A DNA stretch of 15,010 bases from Fidelibacterota bacterium. GTDB taxonomy: Bacteria; Fidelibacterota; UBA2242. Under the pieces are notes generated by a model. It saw only the letters and a program-made list of their open reading frames with translations. It did no database searches and was not told where the DNA came from. The translations under genes were made by a program, and so were the position numbers. Shown here piece after piece: positions 8,726-15,010 of the stretch. The stretch is taken from assembly GCA_049975265.1 (NCBI GenBank), contig JBNGDF010000015.1, forward strand, positions 44,201 to 59,210, in the 5' to 3' direction. The number at the start of each line of letters is the position of its first letter. The first letter of the stretch is position 1.

Positions 8726-11146
8726 TTATTTTGCCAAAAGAAGCTTAATCGTTTCCTGCCGGCTGCCAGCTACCATACGACACAAATATATACCACCGGG
8801 TACAATTCGACCCCATTCATCCCTACCATCCCATATGGTCTTATGAACACCACTCTCAGCCCTGCCGTCAATAAGAGTATTCAATTTGCGACCTAACAAA
8901 TCATAAATGATAATCTTTGCTCGGCTCGGCTCTGCCAAATGGTAAGTTATTGTGGCGCTGAGGTTGAACGGATTAGGATAAGCTTGTAACAAAATTCCAG
9001 ATTCCGCAACCGTCGTTTTACTTTGAGGCTGATTTTTCGGAGGTTTTGCCAGCTTATTTTGATGAAATGCAAGGATGTTTTCCTTGACTGTTTTTGTTTC
9101 CACGTCTGGATATTTATCAGTCATAATGTTAAAAACTTTAACGGCTTTATCAATATCTTTCCTTTTCTCAAGTAAATCTATCCCCAAGTCCAGCAAAATT
9201 TCACGACCAAACAGACTCGTATCGGGTACCGACAGCGCCAGATCAAGCGCTTTTCGAGTTTCTCCTCTATAAAGATTAAGTTTCATCAACCAACGTACTG
9301 CCTCATAGTTTGCCGTATAATGGCTGCTTTTGTCTTTCATTATGGAAATAAGATTTTCTTCCTCGTCAGCAAGCATACCTTCACGATAGGCGGATTTCAT
9401 CGCCAGGAATAAGGCTTCTGCGGGCTGATTATACGACCTGTGACTTTGAAATGCAGATTTGGCAAGTTCTTTAGCTTCGGCATAATCATTTTCTCTATAA
9501 GCTTGCCATGCCTGGTATAAAACATCGGTAAACTCTTTTGATAATGACCATGACGGGCCTACGGGATCTGGCGCTGAACCTAAAACAGGTTGATAATAGA
9601 CAGTGTAACCACCAACCAATGGATCTAATCCACCCCAATAATTATTTTGGGCACCGATAGAATGACCCGATGAATTATAAATATGATACGGAGTAGTATA
9701 GGCCGGGCGCTCAATCCAATTACAACCATAAGCATAAGCGGGATACCCACCGAGAATATAAGCGCTTATATAAGTAATATTATTTTCAAATTTATTTCGC
9801 CCACACATCTGGTAGTTAAAGCAGGTTGAGCCACTACCCATATTCTCATGACCGTAATAGGGACCGTTATAGGGAGTGGTACTACCCAAATTGCATCTCA
9901 TTACAACGCCATCCCCATTGCCTGTAGTAATTATAGGTGCAATTGTTTTAGCCTGAATATAACAATCTTCAATCCATGGATTACTATCTTCTGTTATTCT
10001 TATGCCTGTATAGTGAGCCTGAATGTCATTCTTCTTTAGTAACATTGCACAACTTCCGCCAACTATAATGCCGTAATCGCAATCTTTAATCTGGCAATTT
10101 TTGATGTAGGAACTTGATGAACCATCCACATCTATACCGTACCATCGTCCGCTGCCGCTTGATTGAAAAGTGGCGCCGTCAGCTTCTATTTTGCCGTGGA
10201 CTGTGATATTGTAATTGCCTTTAAATGTGATTTCTGTCCCAGGGTGTATTTTAAGAGTATGTCCAGATTGAATATTAATATTTTCATCAACCTCAATACA
10301 CTCTCCACCCCATGTTAATTCATTATCATCAGCAGATTCAAGATTCAGATTATTTTCAATATCATTGTCTCTCATTTGTGGATACTGTCTGTATGGCTGG
10401 TTTGGTGGATAATAGGGACCATAGTAACTCTCTACGAAATCATGCGTCCGCCACTGGGCATATGCATACAGGTCTTCTGCAGAGACCACACCATCTGGAT
10501 CAGCGTTGTTATTTTCCAATCCTTTCAACAAATAATAAGTAAAAGCCCCGTGTTCCAATGGAGGAGGTTCCGCAGCAAATTCCGCTGCCATACATGCAGT
10601 AGAAACGACACCTTTTGACATCGGATTGGGTGTATCAATTCCTCCTGTAGCAAACAGACCAGATCCACATGCATCCAGAAAACAACAGTACTGATCATAG
10701 GAACCACCGAACCAACTTTGGAGTTCTGAGGGCTTAATCCGTACTGGATAACCGTAAGGATCCCTTGAATCATGAGGCAACAGACCATCTTCCCAATCAT
10801 CACCTCCAAAAACGGCCCAGAGTTCGTACGAATCCCCGTGTCCAGAAAAAAAGAACAGACTGGTATACCCTGTGGTACGGTGCATGGCCTTAATTTTGGT
10901 TTTGATATCATTTTTTTTAGCAAATTCATTAGTCACCAGTTCCATGTTGCTGTAGCTCCAGCCCTGATAAATATAAAGATAGTCCCGCATCCTTTCTGCA
11001 TCAGCAACGCAATAATTCAGATCGTAGTAAAATTCTTCGTATTCGTTGATGCCCACCAGAACCGCTTCGAACTGGGTGGCTCGAATTAATCCGACAGGTA
11101 ACACCATGAAAAGGACAGATAAAACTATGAAAAACTTTTTCCACAT
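8726..11146 (-). CDS. Secreted caspase-family (peptidase C14, metacaspase-like) protease with right-handed beta-helix, TPR-like region and C-terminal sorting domain
   Basis: Signal peptide (about aa 1-23). C14 motifs AVLVGINEY, CVADA, FFSGHG (His103), FLDAC (Cys160), GAFTYYLLKGL and QYPQM. Beta-helix IHPGTEITFKG...WYGIDV...IKNCQIKDCDYGI. Helical TPR-like region at about aa 540-700. CTD AYPNPFN...IYDLLGR...WDGRD...GIYLCRM...KLLLAK. Confidence 0.9.
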   Translation of the reverse strand: MWKKFFIVLSVLFMVLPVGLIRATQFEAVLVGINEYEEFYYDLNYCVADAERMRDYLYIYQGWSYSNMELVTNEFAKKNDIKTKIKAMHRTTGYTSLFFFSGHGDSYELWAVFGGDDWEDGLLPHDSRDPYGYPVRIKPSELQSWFGGSYDQYCCFLDACGSGLFATGGIDTPNPMSKGVVSTACMAAEFAAEPPPLEHGAFTYYLLKGLENNNADPDGVVSAEDLYAYAQWRTHDFVESYYGPYYPPNQPYRQYPQMRDNDIENNLNLESADDNELTWGGECIEVDENINIQSGHTLKIHPGTEITFKGNYNITVHGKIEADGATFQSSGSGRWYGIDVDGSSSSYIKNCQIKDCDYGIIVGGSCAMLLKKNDIQAHYTGIRITEDSNPWIEDCYIQAKTIAPIITTGNGDGVVMRCNLGSTTPYNGPYYGHENMGSGSTCFNYQMCGRNKFENNITYISAYILGGYPAYAYGCNWIERPAYTTPYHIYNSSGHSIGAQNNYWGGLDPLVGGYTVYYQPVLGSAPDPVGPSWSLSKEFTDVLYQAWQAYRENDYAEAKELAKSAFQSHRSYNQPAEALFLAMKSAYREGMLADEEENLISIMKDKSSHYTANYEAVRWLMKLNLYRGETRKALDLALSVPDTSLFGREILLDLGIDLLEKRKDIDKAVKVFNIMTDKYPDVETKTVKENILAFHQNKLAKPPKNQPQSKTTVAESGILLQAYPNPFNLSATITYHLAEPSRAKIIIYDLLGRKLNTLIDGRAESGVHKTIWDGRDEWGRIVPGGIYLCRMVAGSRQETIKLLLAK

Positions 11147-11777
11147 GATTCAACCCTCCTAATTTGGACTCTTTGTTCTTGTTTTTTTGACCTGGTGTGG
11201 GCTCTGCCGGATAAAAGGTGGATACAGTCCGACCGTTTGCGCTTTTGATTTCGTCCCGACAGTAGCTTTTTCCGTTCTTTGAAAAGGTTAGCACTTGACT
11301 ATCACGGAGTGCCTTGGTTTGGTCTGATTTTGTAGGATCCCCGTAGCGAAATCCGTCATTGCCTTCTACCTTCAGTCCGGCTGTCCGCAGAGCCATGAAC
11401 CCACCCTGTTCGAACGTGGAAAGCAGAGGCACTTCCACTACATTATTCCTTTTACCCCATTTCATATGGAACTTCTCTTTACTGGCGCAAAGAATCACGC
11501 ATTCGCCGGGGACAAGCACAATCTCTTCTTCCGGCATGTTACATCTGGGTATAATACTGATCGCCCGGATATTGGAAAGCCGAAACCCGCCAAGCCGGAG
11601 TGTTTCATCTGTGGGGTTATATACTTCCACCCAGCTCTTTTCAGGATGTTTATCATCAAGGTAAACCTCGCTGAAAATCAGGCCCTTTCCATACTCCTGG
11701 GCTGACAATGAAAGATTCACTAAGAGAAGCAATCCGATTACAAACAGAAAATATTTGTTTTTGATTGAGATATTCAT
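11001..11777 (-). CDS. Secreted stand-alone lamin tail domain (LTD) protein with an apparent read-through extension
   Basis: Signal peptide ending LSLSA|QEY. LTD consensus LIFSEVY...WVEVYNPTDETLRLGGFRLSN...LVPGECVIL, ending in the typical S(Y)xR...PTPGxxN. GGAGG RBS at 11784-11788. The last ~48 codons overlap the caspase gene. Confidence 0.8.
   Translation of the reverse strand: MNISIKNKYFLFVIGLLLLVNLSLSAQEYGKGLIFSEVYLDDKHPEKSWVEVYNPTDETLRLGGFRLSNIRAISIIPRCNMPEEEIVLVPGECVILCASKEKFHMKWGKRNNVVEVPLLSTFEQGGFMALRTAGLKVEGNDGFRYGDPTKSDQTKALRDSQVLTFSKNGKSYCRDEIKSANGRTVSTFYPAEPTPGQKNKNKESKLGGLNHVEKVFHSFICPFHGVTCRINSSHPVRSGSGGHQRIRRILLRSELLRC
11154..11160 (-). promoter_or_regulatory. Shine-Dalgarno site of the caspase-family gene
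   Basis: AGGAGGG 7 nt upstream of the ATG at 11146. Confidence 0.7.
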
Positions 11778-11836
11778 GTTAAACCTCCAATTTGATTGCT
11801 TTAAAAACTATGTTACATTCAACAAAAAGTATCTGT

Positions 11837-11876
11837 TTATGCGTCATCCTTCCATCAGTAGAAAGATGACGCATAA
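11837..11876 (-). terminator. Strong RNA hairpin (possible terminator or attenuator) between the LRR gene and the LTD gene
   Basis: Perfect 12-bp arms TTATGCGTCATC / GATGACGCATAA. On the minus-strand RNA the stem extends to 18 bp through two G-U pairs, with a CUGA loop. A U5 tract follows 8 nt after the stem, which is non-canonical spacing. Confidence 0.55.
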
Positions 11877-11929
11877 TGGAGGAATTCTAAAACCCTCCCT
11901 CGCTGTTCTCTTCTGGAATGAGGATTCAT
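11855..11929 (-). CDS. Possible 24-aa small ORF / leader peptide (MNPHSRREQRGRVLEFLHYASSFY)
   Basis: ATG at 11929 is preceded by GAAGGA with 5-nt spacing. The TGA stop sits in the hairpin loop. Confidence 0.3.
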   Translation of the reverse strand: MNPHSRREQRGRVLEFLHYASSFY

Positions 11930-11931
11930 AG

Positions 11932-14378
11932 TATTCCTTCTTCTATTATCACCACGAAACCGTCACACCCCTTGCTTCGAGTGCAGGGATGTATTCGTTG
12001 ATAGATTTCTCATTCAGAGGATTGTTATCTAGAGACACTAAATCCCCTCTACCCAAGCCAGTATTGTCTACCAGCGGTAGAATATCTGTGATTTGATTGG
12101 AAGATAAAACGAGCATTTGCAGGTTCACACAGTACTCAAGCGCTGAGATATCTTCAATCTGGTTGTCTTCAAGATAACATCTTTCCAGTTTTGTCATTCC
12201 TGCAAGAGCCGAAATGTCAGTTACTTGGTTTAACATTAAATTTATCAACTTTAAATTAGTTGAATTTTGAAGAGGTGTGATATCTTGAATTTGACAATTT
12301 GTGAGCCAGAGAATTTCCAACTTATTCAATCCAGCCATAGCAGAAATATCAACAATCGGATTAGGACCCAGCCATAACTCTTCCAGATCCGGCATATTGG
12401 CCACAACTGAAATGTCACTAACGGAATTGATCCTAACATTCAAATAGGTTAATTTTGTCAGATTTTCTAAACACGAAATATCTGTAATGTAATTGCCATC
12501 CAGATTCAGGTGTTTCAGATTGACCATGCCTGTAAGGGGTGTCACATCAGTGATACCCCAGTTCTGGTCAAGATCCATTCGAATCATTTTGGTAAGATTG
12601 GCCAAAGGTGTTAAATCTTTAATCCTTTGAAGTGGCATTCCGAGGAACAACAAGTTGCTACAATTCTCAATTCCACTTAAAGATGTAATCCGATCTGTGA
12701 TGATACAATTCATCATGAGTGTATCTAATGACTGGAAGTCTGTTTGGGTAAGCGTCTCTGTAGGCTTTTTCAATGTGTAACGTACTTTCACTTCCAATTT
12801 AGGATCTTCAAACGCCGATTCTTCTCTGGGTAAAACGGTTACTTGCCATCTTCCTGTGGTGTCATTTTTGCTTTGCGTACTCACCACAAGTGTGAATCTA
12901 TATATACCTACCTTTACAAAGCCAATCGGTTGACTGGACAAATAATAATCATCCATTAAAAATACCTCTGCAGGATTGGTAGAGTCCTGACTCCATTCGT
13001 ACCAGGTAATCGGTTCACCATTCAAAGTTCCATTGCATGTATCTTCCAACACAACGTAGTTCCCCACCCGCACGATCTGTTCAAAACCGGTAATGTCTAT
13101 AGGGGATATGGAGGGAGGCTCCACAGGTGGTTCTTTCTCACAACCGCATGAAAGAAAAAATAAAGTTATGACGCCTGCATATTTTCGTACCACTTGTAAA
13201 ATGTTCATACTTGACCTTTAATTTTTTCCAATAAGTAGCATAAATCTAAATAAAATTTGATATTTATCCTTCTCCTTATTACCACCACGAAACCGTTACA
13301 CCCCGTGCTTCAAGTGCAGGGATGTATTCATTGATAGATTTCTCATTCAGAGGATTGTTAGATAGATATACCATATCACCTGCTCCCAGACCAGTGTTAT
13401 TTACCAGAGGCAAAATATCAGTCACCTGGTTGAAGCTTATTCCTATTACTTTTAAATTTGTTAAGTTTTGAAGAGGTGAAATATCACTTATATCACAATC
13501 TGCCAACCAAATAGATTTCAATTTTTTTAAATCAGCTAATACATCAATGCTACCAATAGGATTAGAGCGTAACCAAAGTTCTTCCAAATCCGGCATGTTG
13601 ACTACTACAGCAATGCTGTTAATATAAGTATCCCCTACCCACAAATAGGTTAGTTTTGTCAGATTCTCTAAACATGAAATATCCCTAATATTATTTGACT
13701 CAAGACTCAAATGTTTTAGATTTACTAATCTTGAAAGGGGAGTTACATCTGTAATGTCTCCGTTACAGTTAAGATTCAATCGAACAATTTTGGTTAAATC
13801 GGTCAACGGAGATAGATCTATAATGTTTTGGCGCAGCATTCTGAGAGACAACAGGTTGCTGCAATTCTCGATGCCATTTAAAGATGTAATACGATCTGTA
13901 TTGATACAATTCTCTACCAATGTATCTAATAACAGGAAGTCTGTCCGAGTAAGCATGTCTGTGGGTTTTTTTAAAGTATAACGCACTTTCACTTCCAGAT
14001 TAAGATCTTCGAACACCGATTCTTCTTGAGGAAATACAGTCACCTGCCATGTTCCTATTGTGTCAATTTGGGTTTGCGTACTTACTACGAGTGTGAATCT
14101 GTAAACACCTTCCTTCACAAAGCCAACCGGTTGCGTCAGCTTTCTCACATCATTGTCTAAAGGCAGGTAGGAAGGTAAAGACACTCGTGCAGGATTAGTG
14201 GGATCCTGACTCCATTCATACCGGATGATCGGTTCCCCATTCAAAGTTCCATTGCAGGTATCTTCCAAAACCGCATAATTTCCCACCCGTACGGTTTGCT
14301 CAAAACCGATAATGTCTATAGAGGGTATGGGGAGCGGCTCCACAGGTGGTTTTTTCTCACAACCGCATGAAAGAAAAA
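11932..14378. repeat. Diverged tandem duplication (about 11932-13160 versus 13262-14378)
   Basis: DNA similarity is visible from the lipobox (acaaccgcatgaaagaaaaa in both) to just past the stop codons (TGGTGATAATAGAAGAAGGA versus TGGTGGTAATAAGGAGAAGGA), including the shared block ttgatagatttctcattcagaggattgtta. Confidence 0.9.
11949..13208 (-). CDS. Internalin-like leucine-rich repeat lipoprotein (copy A, 10 LRR units) with an N-terminal PKD/Ig-like domain
   Basis: Lipobox FFLS|C-G-C and a Pro-rich linker. PKD-like YEWSQ...GIYRFTLVVST. Cap FEDPKLEVKVR. Mostly 22-aa repeats of pattern IxDISxLxNLTKLxxLxLxxNx. C-cap NNPLNEKSINEYIPALEARGVTV. Confidence 0.92.
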   Translation of the reverse strand: MNILQVVRKYAGVITLFFLSCGCEKEPPVEPPSISPIDITGFEQIVRVGNYVVLEDTCNGTLNGEPITWYEWSQDSTNPAEVFLMDDYYLSSQPIGFVKVGIYRFTLVVSTQSKNDTTGRWQVTVLPREESAFEDPKLEVKVRYTLKKPTETLTQTDFQSLDTLMMNCIITDRITSLSGIENCSNLLFLGMPLQRIKDLTPLANLTKMIRMDLDQNWGITDVTPLTGMVNLKHLNLDGNYITDISCLENLTKLTYLNVRINSVSDISVVANMPDLEELWLGPNPIVDISAMAGLNKLEILWLTNCQIQDITPLQNSTNLKLINLMLNQVTDISALAGMTKLERCYLEDNQIEDISALEYCVNLQMLVLSSNQITDILPLVDNTGLGRGDLVSLDNNPLNEKSINEYIPALEARGVTVSW

Positions 14379-14481
14379 GAAGGAATAAAGTCCATACCAC
14401 AGCATGTAGTCGTATTTCCTGACGTTGCTCGGGAGTCATCTTTCGCCAATCGTATATAATTGATTTTCTCCTATTTTTCAT
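13279..14481 (-). CDS. Internalin-like leucine-rich repeat lipoprotein (copy B, 8 LRR units), paralogue of copy A
   Basis: Same architecture and same caps as copy A. The start is uncertain: TTG at 14493, ATG at 14481, or a later ATG. Confidence 0.92.
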   Translation of the reverse strand: MKNRRKSIIYDWRKMTPEQRQEIRLHAVVWTLFLLFLSCGCEKKPPVEPLPIPSIDIIGFEQTVRVGNYAVLEDTCNGTLNGEPIIRYEWSQDPTNPARVSLPSYLPLDNDVRKLTQPVGFVKEGVYRFTLVVSTQTQIDTIGTWQVTVFPQEESVFEDLNLEVKVRYTLKKPTDMLTRTDFLLLDTLVENCINTDRITSLNGIENCSNLLSLRMLRQNIIDLSPLTDLTKIVRLNLNCNGDITDVTPLSRLVNLKHLSLESNNIRDISCLENLTKLTYLWVGDTYINSIAVVVNMPDLEELWLRSNPIGSIDVLADLKKLKSIWLADCDISDISPLQNLTNLKVIGISFNQVTDILPLVNNTGLGAGDMVYLSNNPLNEKSINEYIPALEARGVTVSWW

Positions 14482-14522
14482 TGCCACTCTCAAAGAATAA
14501 GGTCAACAGAACTGCAGCCCGC

Positions 14523-14600
14523 TCACCTTACCAGAATCATCTTTTTCGTTTGGGTAAAGCTTCCCATCTTCACTAAAATCTTTTTTACAAATTTGCCATT
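14523..14600 (-). pseudogene. Orphan remnant of the extreme C-terminus of a sorting-domain (CTD) gene
   Basis: Manual translation gives NGKFVKKILVKMGSFTQTKKMILVR*, which matches the CTD terminus (compare SFSETRKMILVK in the GH16-malectin gene). An in-frame stop lies upstream at 14622-14624. Confidence 0.6.
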
Positions 14601-14631
14601 TGAAGGAATTTTCGTCAATTTTCATATCGAT

Positions 14632-15010
14632 TCAATGAATCACTAACATTTTCCTTCTGGCTGTGAAGTCTGGATATCGCAATTCATAGAAATAAACGCC
14701 AGTAGGTACATCCAGTCCGCTGGAGCTATCCCTTCCATCCCAGGTAACCGAATAACTCCCTGGACTCATTACTTTTGACAACAAGACTTTAATCTCTCTG
14801 CCCAACGCTGATGTTCGCCTATAACAATCTCTTTATATCCATCATTATTTATATCTCCAGCAAAGTCAACTGAACAGCCAAAATAGTGGTGAGGAGTTTG
14901 TCCTTCAATTTGATAATCTGGTATTGTATCAGGATTTGTGTTTAAGTAATATACAAAACTAAAATTATTCAATAAAGTCCAAATCTCGCTTCCTACATTG
15001 TCACAGTATT
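14632..15010 (-). pseudogene. Disrupted FG-GAP repeat protein gene fused out of frame to the second half of a CTD (internal deletion); continues beyond the right edge
   Basis: The frame is open from the window edge and encodes the FG-GAP motif YFGCSVDFAGDINNDGYKEIVIG, stopping at 14769. A different frame at 14805-14632 encodes LGREIKVLLSKVMSPGSYSVTWDGRDSSSGLDVPTGVYFYELRYPDFTARRKMLVIH*, which lacks the YPNPFN half of the CTD. Confidence 0.8.

Noticed and set aside
10911..10918. A8 tract (coding strand) near the 5' end of the caspase gene as a phase-variation switch
   Set aside because: It is short, in frame (AKKN) and expected by chance in AT-rich DNA.
20..13981. Plus-strand ORFs and nested minus-strand ORFs in the track (e.g. 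20-595, 1005-1520, 3385-3831, 7960-8412, 10525-10929)
   Set aside because: They are shadow frames overlapping well-supported genes and have no recognisable motifs.
11949..14493. Diversity-generating retroelement (TR/VR pair) as an explanation for the LRR similarity
   Set aside because: In the segments compared, differences are not adenine-specific and include many synonymous third-position changes. Both copies are full genes and no reverse transcriptase is in the window.
14503..14625. 40-codon minus-strand ORF MKIDENSFKWQICKK...LQFC
   Set aside because: No convincing RBS or motif. The overlapping frame's CTD-tail match explains the sequence better.
1..15010. CRISPR array, tRNA/rRNA, IS or integrase, gasdermin-like substrate next to the caspase
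   Set aside because: No regularly spaced repeats, RNA gene signatures, transposase/recombinase motifs or gasdermin-like ORF were seen by eye.

Overview
Bacterial window in which every credible gene is on the minus strand. Three types of evidence suggest an FCB-group lineage such as KSB1, Calditrichota, Marinimicrobia or Ignavibacteria (inference): 'YPNPFNP...KMILxK' C-terminal sorting domains (CTDs), SurA/PPIase-like lipoproteins and the CAZyme set. The window has two parts. Part 1 (1-8712, higher GC) is a tightly packed beta-glucan utilisation operon. In transcription order it has a SurA/PPIase-like lipoprotein, GH16 (EXDXE type) + malectin + CTD, GH3 (BglX-like), a GH16 laminarinase lipoprotein, a GH3 lipoprotein, and a partial GH148-like gene missed by the ORF track. 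Part 2 (8726-15010, lower GC) is an accessory block of exported proteins. It has a broken FG-GAP/CTD gene, a second orphan CTD tail, and two duplicated internalin-like LRR lipoproteins that differ mostly at predicted ligand-binding positions and by a two-repeat indel. These are followed by a small ORF whose stop codon lies in the loop of an 18-bp hairpin, a stand-alone lamin-tail-domain protein, and a signal-peptide-bearing caspase-family (C14) protease with beta-helix, TPR-like and CTD regions. The LRR + LTD + secreted caspase block is the best candidate for an undescribed system. No RNA genes, CRISPR arrays or mobility genes were seen.
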